From an uncultured Candidatus Saccharibacteria bacterium (lineage in GTDB: Bacteria; Patescibacteriota; UBA1384; DTJR01), in the NCBI GenBank assembly GCA_964487045.1, contig CAZAOT010000004.1, positions 6,605-70,604 of the forward strand: DNA of 64,000 nt. Reading direction: 5' to 3'. The notes under the pieces are model-generated. The model had not been told where the DNA came from. It searched no databases and saw nothing but the letters and a program-made list of their open reading frames with translations. Position numbers and translations under genes: made by a program. Positions 39,935 to 48,381 of this stretch are shown piece by piece. How positions within the stretch are numbered: the first letter of the stretch is position 1; every line of letters starts with the position of its first letter.

Positions 39935-41563
39935 ATGAAAAAATTTGTTTTTGTTGTTGGTGGAGTGATGAGTTCTGTCGGTAAGGGAGTGGCAACGTCA
40001 TCAATTGCCTTGATATTAAAAAGTAAAGGATTTAAAGTTACCGCTGTTAAAGCAGATCCTTATATAAATGTTGATGCAGGCACAATGAACCCGGTAGAGC
40101 ACGGCGAAGTATTTGTTCTTAATGACGCAGACGAAACCGATCAAGACCTTGGTAATTATGAAAGATTTCTGGACCAGAATTTCTCTAAACTTAATTATAT
40201 GACCACAGGCAGAGTCTACCAGTCAGTCATAAATCGGGAGAGAAATTTAGAATATGCTGGAAAATGCGTTGAGGTCGTTCCCCACATTCCTCAAGAAATA
40301 ATTAATCGAATTGAAAAATGTTCTGATGAAACTAAATCAGATATTACTATTATCGAAATCGGTGGAACAGTTGGCGAGTATCAAAATATATTATTTCTTG
40401 AGGCTATCAGAATTTTAAAAATGAAAAGGCCAAAGGATGTCGCTATTGTCCTGGTTTCATACCTCCCCATCCCAAGCAATGTAGGGGAGATGAAAACCAA
40501 ACCGACCCAACATGCCGCGAGAACATTAAATTCGGCTGGACTTCAAGCAGACTTTATCGTATGCAGATCAGCGCGGGAAATAGATCGACCTCGACGTGAG
40601 AAGCTAGCAACATTTTGTATGATTGAACCTCAAAATGCGATATCAAGCCCTGATCTAGATACGATTTATGAAGTTCCATTTATGTTTGAAAAACAAAATT
40701 TCGGAAACAAAATCTTAAAAAGCCTTTCAGTCAGAGCTAAAAAGTCAGATCTTACTCAGTGGAAAAAAGTCTTATCTCAAAAAGATAGCGCAGCCAAAAC
40801 CATAAAGGTCGCAATCGTCGGGAAATATTTTGCGGCAGGTGCCTTCACTCTATCTGACTCGTATATTTCAGTTATCGAATCAGTGAAAATTGCTGCTTGG
40901 CACAACAAGGCTAACGTAGAATTCTTTTGGATTAATAGCGAGGATTTCGAAAAAGATCATACGTCCATTAAGAAACTAAGTAATTATGACGGCGTTATTG
41001 TGCCTGGAGGATTCGGTTCAAGAGGTATTGAAGGCATTATTGCGACGGCAAAGTATTGCCGAGAAAATAAACTACCATACTTCGGCTTGTGTTATGGAAT
41101 GCAAATATTAACGATTGAATATGCTCGCAGTGTGCTTAAATTTAAAGGCGCAAATACCGAAGAGATCAATCCTAAGACAACTTATCCCGTAATCCACTTG
41201 ATGGCTGACCAAAAAGATAATCTTTCATCTGGGGCGATGGGTGGAACAATGAGACTGGGTAAATATAACTGCACCATAAAGAAGAATACTCTTGCTTATC
41301 AGGCCTACCGACAGACCGAGATCGAAGAAAGACACAGACATCGCTATGAATTCAACAATAAATATCGCTCTAGATTTGAGAAAGCTGGACTCGTAATTTC
41401 GGGAATAAACAAAGAAAGAGACTTGGTGGAAATTGTTGAGCTAAAGGATCACCCTTTCTATCTAGGCGTCCAATTTCACCCCGAATTCAAAACTAGATTC
41501 ATAAAGCCTCATCCACTATTTAACAAATTTGTTGAGACAATTGTTAAAAACAATAATTATTAA
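39935..41563 (+). CDS. pyrG: CTP synthase
   Basis: N-terminal synthetase domain (VVGGVMSSVGKG) and C-terminal GATase domain (GLCYGMQ...HRHRYE). Confidence 0.95.
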   Translation: MKKFVFVVGGVMSSVGKGVATSSIALILKSKGFKVTAVKADPYINVDAGTMNPVEHGEVFVLNDADETDQDLGNYERFLDQNFSKLNYMTTGRVYQSVINRERNLEYAGKCVEVVPHIPQEIINRIEKCSDETKSDITIIEIGGTVGEYQNILFLEAIRILKMKRPKDVAIVLVSYLPIPSNVGEMKTKPTQHAARTLNSAGLQADFIVCRSAREIDRPRREKLATFCMIEPQNAISSPDLDTIYEVPFMFEKQNFGNKILKSLSVRAKKSDLTQWKKVLSQKDSAAKTIKVAIVGKYFAAGAFTLSDSYISVIESVKIAAWHNKANVEFFWINSEDFEKDHTSIKKLSNYDGVIVPGGFGSRGIEGIIATAKYCRENKLPYFGLCYGMQILTIEYARSVLKFKGANTEEINPKTTYPVIHLMADQKDNLSSGAMGGTMRLGKYNCTIKKNTLAYQAYRQTEIEERHRHRYEFNNKYRSRFEKAGLVISGINKERDLVEIVELKDHPFYLGVQFHPEFKTRFIKPHPLFNKFVETIVKNNNY

Positions 41564-41570
41564 GTAGCAT

Positions 41571-42932
41571 CTACAAGGCATTTATTACTGCCAATATTCC
41601 AAGGACTATGAAAAATATAACTGCGAGCAGTAAGATGATTGATCTTAAACTAGATGCCGTAAACTCTTTTGCTATCATTTTTTTGTTTAAAATATATGTA
41701 AGCGAGATATGTATAACCATCGCGAAGGCATTAATTACCGCACCGGTAACCACTAATGCAACCGGATCAGTATAGCCCGATAAGAAGACAATAATCGACG
41801 CTATAATCTGAATCCATAAAACCAGATAATATGTTTTTGATAAATCTAGATTTTTTTTAAGAATGACAATATTCTCAGAAATTATTCTCGATGTTGAATC
41901 AAGTATTGTCAATTGTGTACCAAATAGCATAATCGCTACAAGTATCAGAAATAATGCGCCAAAATATCCTGACACAATATTTCCAATTGACTTAGCTTCA
42001 AAAATCAAAAAGTCAATTCCTTGAAGCGACGAATTTCCATTTGTCGCCGCATAAGACAAAAGAGCAAGAAGCAAAATCGTAATCGCTCCAGTAAACAGAA
42101 ATACTATAAAATGCTCGAGATTAATCAGCCTCCACCATAAAACAAATCTTCTTTTATTTTCATTCAAATTGAAATCGGCTTTATTGCCATAGACTGACTC
42201 AGGTTTTGCCCCCTTTAATAACACCGAACTAATTCCAACCGAACCCTTACACATTCCATAACCCTTCTCTTTAATATAGAAAGATTGAGCTAGGTTTAGA
42301 TTTCCACCAGCTCCCGAGTAAGCTAGCGCCCCTAAAAATACAAACAAAGGAATACCTTCAGGCAAAAAACTATATCCATCCCCTATCCCGACAATTCCCC
42401 TGCCAAGAGCTTGCCAGTCTGAAAACTTAGCAACCAATGCAACCAAAATTACAATCACTGGAACACCAATCAAAATTACATATTTCTGAAAAGTCTCCAC
42501 TGTTTTGTACAATCTTGGCCCGAGAGTTAAGATTAGCCCAATCAAAACAAGCAATATTATTGCGAGCAAATCAAATCTCTCATAGCCAAAGCTAACCGAA
42601 AAAATCTTGGCACTCGTTGCTATAATTCCAGGCCACATCCATGCTATAAAAGTTGATAGAATAAACCAAATTGGTAGTTTTTTTGATAATCTCGAAAAGC
42701 CAGCGAAAATACTCTCCCCCGCTAATAGAGAATATCGCTCGATTTCTAAATTTACGAAAAATTGAATAGTTATACCTATTATTGCAGCCCAAATTATTCC
42801 AAGGCCATACCTTGAGACCAAATAAGGCCACAAGATTAATTCACCTGAGCCAAGACCTAATCCAAGTAGAATAATACTCGGACCAATTGCATCCCTAAGT
42901 CGTGGTACTGCCGGCAATATTTTGTTTTCCAT
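41571..42932 (-). CDS. Polytopic membrane transporter, Nramp/MntH-like (tentative)
   Basis: About 11 TM helices. The N-terminal segment GPSIILLGLGLGSGELILWP...GIIWAAIIGITIQFFVNLEIERYSLLAGES parallels the Nramp first-helix and second-helix signature. Confidence 0.4.
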   Translation of the reverse strand: MENKILPAVPRLRDAIGPSIILLGLGLGSGELILWPYLVSRYGLGIIWAAIIGITIQFFVNLEIERYSLLAGESIFAGFSRLSKKLPIWFILSTFIAWMWPGIIATSAKIFSVSFGYERFDLLAIILLVLIGLILTLGPRLYKTVETFQKYVILIGVPVIVILVALVAKFSDWQALGRGIVGIGDGYSFLPEGIPLFVFLGALAYSGAGGNLNLAQSFYIKEKGYGMCKGSVGISSVLLKGAKPESVYGNKADFNLNENKRRFVLWWRLINLEHFIVFLFTGAITILLLALLSYAATNGNSSLQGIDFLIFEAKSIGNIVSGYFGALFLILVAIMLFGTQLTILDSTSRIISENIVILKKNLDLSKTYYLVLWIQIIASIIVFLSGYTDPVALVVTGAVINAFAMVIHISLTYILNKKMIAKEFTASSLRSIILLLAVIFFIVLGILAVINAL

Positions 42933-42978
42933 TATTTAATTTTATCATTTTCGAGTAATATATTGTCAAAGGGGTTAT

Positions 42979-44694
42979 ATGAAAAAAATATTATTCGTTT
43001 TTGCTCTAGTTGTTGTCGGTTTATTTAATACTCAAGCAGTCCACGCCAGAGATAATGTCTCTGACTGGTATATTAAGAATTTCAAAACAACAATCGATGT
43101 TAGAGATGATTCTTCACTATTTGTCACAGAAAACATTTTGGCTGACTGCGGCAACAATCAAAGACACGGTATATTTAGAACCCTTCCTACTAGTCAAAAG
43201 CTAGAAGGTCAAACGATAAACTCCCCAATTGTGCTCGATTCAATCACTGATCAGTTTGGCAAAAAATTAAAATACTCAGCTACAAAAGATGCTACAAATG
43301 GCACAATCACCTGGAAAATTGGCGATAGTGATAAATTTGTAACAGGCGAAAATACTTATATTATCAAATATTTAGTGAAAAATGCTGTAAGACATCAAAA
43401 TAGTAATTTTGATGAACTTTACTGGAACTTAAGTGGTAATTTCTGGTTGCTCGAAATAGATAACTTTGAAGCAAATATAAACTTTCCAAACGGAATTTCG
43501 AAAAATAATTTAAACTTGGACTATTACTCTGGATATTTTGGAGATAAAAATTCACTCGATATTACTGGAACATTTTCTAACGATAACCAACTTAAGATCT
43601 CATACGATAAAACGCTTCTAGAAGATCAAGGAATTACACTAAGCGCAAGCTTTCCTAAGAATATAATAGCTCTATACAAACCAACCTTTATAGAAAAATA
43701 TGGAAACTATTTATGGCTCCTAATCCCACTTTTTATCCTTTGGCTTTGTATGAAGCTATGGAAAAGGTATGGGGACGACCCATCAATAAATCCAACAATC
43801 GCTCCGGAGTTTGAAATTCCGGAGAAGCTAGCTCCAATCGAAATGGGAATTCTCCAAACCGACGGGCTTCTTAGGAATAATTTTGTGACCGCTTCAATCA
43901 TCAATCTTGCCGTTAATGGTCAGATTCAGATAAAGAAAATTGAGAAAAAAGGTATTTTGGGTCAAGAGGATTTTGAGCTCACCAAACTGAGCTCTAAATA
44001 TAAACCCTCAGCGGCAGAGGAAAAATTGATGAGCTCACTATTCGGTAGTGAAAAAACAATCAAAATGTCTTCTTTGAAAAATAAATTCTACAAAAGCCTA
44101 CCCGGAATTGGAGACGCGGCCTCAGACTATCTTGCTAAAAAAGGCTATCTAGTAAGGCTCAGCAGACTTCCGCAATGGATTATGCTATTTATTGGAATAT
44201 TTATATTTGTTTTTTCGATGGGTGGGTTCGCCGTCAATGTTTATCTTGGACTAGCAATGATTTCTAGCTCAATGATCCTAATAATCTTCTCATTTATAAT
44301 GCCAAAAAGAACTGCCGAAGGAGCTAAACTTATAGGTAGAGTTCGAGGCTTTAAATTATATTTGGATAAAGTTGAGAAATATCGCCAGCAGGTCCTAGAG
44401 AAGCAAAATACATTCGAGAAGATGCTACCATACGCAATTTTGTTTGGCATGACCGCGCAGTATATTCGTAAAATGAAAAGTATTTATGGGGAAGATTACT
44501 TCTCTTCTTATCACCCAGCTTGGTATTACTATGGAACTCTAGGAACATTTAATGTCGATCAATTTTCAAGTCAGATATCAAATTTATCAAGCTCAATGGC
44601 ATCGACTATTTCATCAAGCCCTTCGAGTTCCGGCGCAGGTGGCGGAGGGTTCTCCGGCGGCGGTGGCGGCGGAGGTGGTGGGGGCGGCTGGTAG
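42979..44694 (+). CDS. DUF2207-family membrane protein with a poly-Gly C-terminal tail
   Basis: Signal peptide, a large N-terminal ectodomain, one TM helix, a cytoplasmic segment, two more TM helices, and a tail ending SSSGAGGGGFSGGGGGGGGGGGW. This is the characteristic DUF2207 architecture. Confidence 0.55.
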   Translation: MKKILFVFALVVVGLFNTQAVHARDNVSDWYIKNFKTTIDVRDDSSLFVTENILADCGNNQRHGIFRTLPTSQKLEGQTINSPIVLDSITDQFGKKLKYSATKDATNGTITWKIGDSDKFVTGENTYIIKYLVKNAVRHQNSNFDELYWNLSGNFWLLEIDNFEANINFPNGISKNNLNLDYYSGYFGDKNSLDITGTFSNDNQLKISYDKTLLEDQGITLSASFPKNIIALYKPTFIEKYGNYLWLLIPLFILWLCMKLWKRYGDDPSINPTIAPEFEIPEKLAPIEMGILQTDGLLRNNFVTASIINLAVNGQIQIKKIEKKGILGQEDFELTKLSSKYKPSAAEEKLMSSLFGSEKTIKMSSLKNKFYKSLPGIGDAASDYLAKKGYLVRLSRLPQWIMLFIGIFIFVFSMGGFAVNVYLGLAMISSSMILIIFSFIMPKRTAEGAKLIGRVRGFKLYLDKVEKYRQQVLEKQNTFEKMLPYAILFGMTAQYIRKMKSIYGEDYFSSYHPAWYYYGTLGTFNVDQFSSQISNLSSSMASTISSSPSSSGAGGGGFSGGGGGGGGGGGW

Positions 44695-44695
44695 A

Positions 44696-45010
44696 CTAAG
44701 CAGCCTTGAGGCCTTCTTCGATATAGTGCTCAATATTGTTTATAAAATTTTCATAGGCCCCGTCACCTGTGTCAAGCGGATAGTCAAGCATTTCTTCATT
44801 CATACTACTTCTTGCGATTAAGTGATAAAGCTTATATTTATTCGCATCAGGAATATTTTGTATATAGTCAAAAAATGGATCATTATAAAGTGCCTGGTTA
44901 TGTTTTGAGAGTTTATCGGAGAGCCCCCTGGCTTTGGGCTTTTCATTATTTGAAAATTTATCGATCATTTCTTCAAATGAATGAACTTGTTCTTGATTTT
45001 CTTGTTCCAT
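44696..45010 (-). CDS. Hypothetical protein
   Basis: ORF only. It converges on the DUF2207 gene. Confidence 0.3.
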   Translation of the reverse strand: MEQENQEQVHSFEEMIDKFSNNEKPKARGLSDKLSKHNQALYNDPFFDYIQNIPDANKYKLYHLIARSSMNEEMLDYPLDTGDGAYENFINNIEHYIEEGLKAA

Positions 45011-45023
45011 AGTAGCTTTTTTA

Positions 45024-45488
45024 CTAATCGTTATTTAATTGGGTCACAGCTGAATCGGCCGCTGGAATTATCGTTGTTTCGATAATTACCGCCTGACTCC
45101 TAGTCGCAGATTCTCTAGAGTATTGATACTCGCTAGTCGAGCTTCCACCGGAAGACTGCTCGATTGTAGTGGCAGATTGATAAACCTGCTCAGACTTAAA
45201 CCTATCCTGAAGAGAATCTGCAGTTGACTGAATAAATCCAGGTAAGGGATTATTTCTGTAGTAAAGAATACCAGTAAGTAAAATTCCCAGAAATAGCATT
45301 AACGAGAAAAATTTTAGATGCCTTTTTATTGAAATTGCGGGCTTGGCGTCTTGCGCATCTGGCAAAGGCTGAGGAACTTGCCCCACCTGTAAGGGTTCGG
45401 CTGGCATTTGCCCAGGTTGCGTACTTGCCACTTGAGTTTCTTTCGGCGGCGCCGGTTGAGGTGGAATTTGATTATTTAAATTGTCCAT
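45024..45488 (-). CDS. Hypothetical Pro/Gln-rich membrane-anchored protein
   Basis: Pro-rich N-terminus followed by one TM helix. A 10-bp palindrome sits 30-70 nt upstream of it. Confidence 0.35.
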   Translation of the reverse strand: MDNLNNQIPPQPAPPKETQVASTQPGQMPAEPLQVGQVPQPLPDAQDAKPAISIKRHLKFFSLMLFLGILLTGILYYRNNPLPGFIQSTADSLQDRFKSEQVYQSATTIEQSSGGSSTSEYQYSRESATRSQAVIIETTIIPAADSAVTQLNND

Positions 45489-45628
45489 TTATATACAAAT
45501 GTTATCATTTTTTTGAATAGATCAACACTAAGTTAGTATTGATCTATTTATAGTTTTCTAGTAGAATAGGGCCAGCTTGGTTGTTCATTGACCCCCATCA
45601 ATACATCTTCAAGGAGTGATGCTTTTTC

Positions 45629-45814
45629 ATGACTGAACCGAAGGAGTCTTGGGCCGCAGACCTTAAACAGCGGCTACAACGTCTCAGATATGAGGCGGAA
45701 ATCAACATGCTTAAGCGGCAGAACGAGCGGCTCATGTGGGTCATCCGAATGCTGCTAGGCAATACTGGCAAGCAAAAGGAGAAAGACCACAATGACCGCA
45801 ATCCGCAAGAGTGA
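45629..45814 (+). CDS. Hypothetical small coiled-coil protein (GC-rich islet)
   Basis: ORF with AAGGAG 12 nt upstream. Local GC is above 50%. Confidence 0.3.
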   Translation: MTEPKESWAADLKQRLQRLRYEAEINMLKRQNERLMWVIRMLLGNTGKQKEKDHNDRNPQE

Positions 45815-45995
45815 AGTAACAAAAGAGCAGTATTTGTTCCTCTTCCCCGACGAGTTAAACGAGGACGAGGGTGGACCGGAAACGATCAATGGACAACGTG
45901 TCCTGTCGCTCGATTCCGATCTTGGGCCTTGGCCAGATCCCGAATGGGATGTGGATATCTACAGGATGGCCTGCAATGAGCTGAAAAGGCGGTAG
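45792..45995 (+). CDS. Hypothetical small acidic protein (GC-rich islet), overlapping the upstream ORF by 23 nt
   Basis: ORF in the same GC-rich islet. It is followed by the terminator hairpin GGGCCCA...TGGGCCC plus a T-run at 46150-46192. Confidence 0.3.
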   Translation: MTAIRKSEVTKEQYLFLFPDELNEDEGGPETINGQRVLSLDSDLGPWPDPEWDVDIYRMACNELKRR

Positions 45996-46149
45996 TCCTC
46001 TAACTACCAACAACGCGGCAAGGGTTATCCTGCCGCAAGCGGTCAATGGCAAACAAGCAAAGCGGCTACGCTATCGTGCATCAAAGGTGTCGTAAACAAG
46101 ACGCAAAGGAAAGGCGGACCAACGTGTCCTCTAACAGCGTAACCTAACA

Positions 46150-46192
46150 GGGCCCAGCATCCACATGGATATTGGGCCCTCAAAGTTTTATT
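46150..46192 (+). terminator. Rho-independent terminator (GGGCCCA-N16-TGGGCCC, then TCAAAGTTTTATT)
   Basis: 7-bp GC stem plus T-rich tail, read directly. Confidence 0.5.
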
Positions 46193-46409
46193 ACATCTTG
46201 AAAAATTCGAGAATTTTATAAACAAGTATCGCTGGCCAAATAATCGCCTTTAACACCCCTAAGACTCCCATCCAGAAGGTCTCAGCATGCTGTAAGAAGT
46301 AAATCACAGCACCGATAAAAGCTAGACCATATATACCTCCCCCGAATGCCCCACCACCTGATCCTTTGGGATTTTCACAGCATTTTTCACCTTCCATATC
46401 TTTTGCCAT
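46191..46409 (-). CDS. Small Gly/Cys-rich membrane protein (hypothetical)
   Basis: AAGGAG ribosome-binding site; the N-terminus contains CCENPKGSGGGAFGGG, followed by two TM helices. Confidence 0.4.
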   Translation of the reverse strand: MAKDMEGEKCCENPKGSGGGAFGGGIYGLAFIGAVIYFLQHAETFWMGVLGVLKAIIWPAILVYKILEFFKM

Positions 46410-46477
46410 ATGACTCCTTAGTTTAGTTTTCTAAAATATAACAAATTATAATATTAAATTCTTGATATAATCATCGC

Positions 46478-46789
46478 ATGGAAAATATTGTAAATATCCT
46501 AAAAATTCTAGCAATTATTATTGCCTCACTAATAATTATTTTTCTTATCCTGCTGGCTCTCCCAAACAGTAAGCTTCGAAGTTCAATTCTTAAAATTTAT
46601 GCAATTGTTTCATTCATAATCGCTATAACATCAGCCGGATATGTAATAAGTCCACTCGATGCTTTGCCTGACTTCATCCCCGTAGCTGGCCAAACAGATG
46701 ATCTCGCTGCAGCAATCTCAAGTCTCGCAAGTGCGATAACTGGCTATATTTCTTGGCAAAAGTCAAAAGAAAGGGCGGAATCTAGATAG
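46478..46789 (+). CDS. DUF1232 (YkvA-like) membrane protein
   Basis: Contains DALPDFIPVAGQTDD, which matches the DUF1232 D-x-IPD-x-IP-x2-G-x2-DD signature. Confidence 0.6.
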   Translation: MENIVNILKILAIIIASLIIIFLILLALPNSKLRSSILKIYAIVSFIIAITSAGYVISPLDALPDFIPVAGQTDDLAAAISSLASAITGYISWQKSKERAESR

Positions 46790-46824
46790 CTAGAGCCGCC
46801 CTGTACATCAATCTCTGACCGAAG

Positions 46825-47205
46825 CTAGAGACAGACAAGCGCCTGCACGCTCGCTGGCTCCTCAACGGAGCGAGGCCAGAAGGTGAAGGCACCGATCTTG
46901 GTGTACGTCACCTTGCCAGTGACCGGCAGATCACGCTGCACTTCGACGCCGACATAGCCGTCCCGGACCCCCTCGACGTCGTAGTGGATGTCCGAGTAGC
47001 TGATGAACCCTGGCATAATGCCGAAGTGCGATAAGCCAGGAACTTCTACCCAGACCGGTACACCTACTTCAAACACCTCATCCGGCCACTCCTCCGGCAG
47101 ACCGTGGATCTCCTGGTCCATCCGAGCCAGCGTAGAAACCCTCGCTTCTAGCACTGGGACTAGCTGGCAGACCTTTCTGCCCTTATACATCCCGAGAAAA
47201 TCCAT
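46825..47205 (-). CDS. Hypothetical protein encoded in a ~57% GC islet
   Basis: Has a GAGGAGG ribosome-binding site. Composition differs sharply from the flanking AT-rich DNA. Confidence 0.45.
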   Translation of the reverse strand: MDFLGMYKGRKVCQLVPVLEARVSTLARMDQEIHGLPEEWPDEVFEVGVPVWVEVPGLSHFGIMPGFISYSDIHYDVEGVRDGYVGVEVQRDLPVTGKVTYTKIGAFTFWPRSVEEPASVQALVCL

Positions 47206-47275
47206 CGCAGACCTCCTCTGTCAGAGAAACTACCATAAGGCTAACACTTTGCGAGATCTTTTTGCAAGTAAACAG

Positions 47276-47734
47276 CTAATAGATTTTAAAATCAGTAATG
47301 CAGTAATCTTTATTAAAATGAAAATCACCCTGGAAATATTTCTTTTCTAAAAACATCGGCAGCCAATACCGATCATTTGGCCACATCTTGTCGTATGGGA
47401 TTTCGTCTATCCTAAACCATCCGATTTTCATTTCTTCAGAATCAGTTGACAGCCCTTCATAATCTAGAATTTCAAAATAGTGCACTTCCATCTCAGGGTC
47501 ATCTACGTAATAAAAAGTCAGCACTCCCCTTTTTTCTGCTTTAGTAACTTTGATGTTCGCTTCCTCTTCGCACTCACGCGCCATCGCTTGTTCGATCGTT
47601 TCTCCATCTTCAACCTTTCCGCCAAACCCAAGCCACTTACCCTGGCCAAAACCATTTTTCTTTCTCCGGCCAAGTAAAATCTTGCCGTCCTTTATAGCTA
47701 ACGCCTCTGTCATTATTTTCTTATCTTTGTTCAT
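47276..47734 (-). CDS. NUDIX hydrolase, MTH1/NUDT1-like (8-oxo-dGTPase-type)
   Basis: Nudix box GGKVEDGETIEQAMARECEEEANI, and a C-terminus MWPNDRYWLPMFLEKKYFQGDFHF that parallels the MTH1 C-terminus. Confidence 0.75.
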   Translation of the reverse strand: MNKDKKIMTEALAIKDGKILLGRRKKNGFGQGKWLGFGGKVEDGETIEQAMARECEEEANIKVTKAEKRGVLTFYYVDDPEMEVHYFEILDYEGLSTDSEEMKIGWFRIDEIPYDKMWPNDRYWLPMFLEKKYFQGDFHFNKDYCITDFKIY

Positions 47735-48314
47735 AGCTAATGATGCTTAGATAAACCAAAAAACTTATCATCCAGCCTCGCTCAGCAATATTTATAAGTT
47801 CGCTCATATGCAAATTAGACCATAAGCTCATCAAGGCAAAAACTAAAGAAATTACAAACAAAACAGCTGTAATAATAAATAGTTTTTTATTTTCTTTTGC
47901 ATAGAATATCATTGCCGAGATCTGAGAAAGTAGAAATACACAAACCGCCATTGTAATCACATTATTATGAGCCCGATCCCTGATTGTTCTGACATTTTCA
48001 ATTGTATCAATCGGCAGAAACCAGTTAAGATAAACAATTATTATAGTTGCAAGCAGCATCAAAAGTCCACTTAAAAAAGCATAATAATTTTTATTCTTAA
48101 TAAATTTAATTGCGACAAACGAGAGAACTATAAATCCTATCGTATAAAAGATATTTATCGCTAAGGCATATTGCGCCCCTTTGGCGTTTAATTCACTGAT
48201 AGTCTGAGCAAAATGATTGTAATTTGGATATAAAACAGAAAACACTGCAATATTCAGTAAAATTACTGCGGATCCGATTAGCCCAAGGTATTTTTCTATT
48301 TTGCTCATAATCAT
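47721..48314 (-). CDS. Polytopic membrane protein (hypothetical)
   Basis: Six predicted TM helices over ~197 aa. Confidence 0.35.
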   Translation of the reverse strand: MIMSKIEKYLGLIGSAVILLNIAVFSVLYPNYNHFAQTISELNAKGAQYALAINIFYTIGFIVLSFVAIKFIKNKNYYAFLSGLLMLLATIIIVYLNWFLPIDTIENVRTIRDRAHNNVITMAVCVFLLSQISAMIFYAKENKKLFIITAVLFVISLVFALMSLWSNLHMSELINIAERGWMISFLVYLSIISYEQR

Positions 48315-48381
48315 ATATCAGTAAATAGGCTTATCACTTAGTAGCATACTTTTGGTAAGGTTGAAGAGGAACATTATTTTT

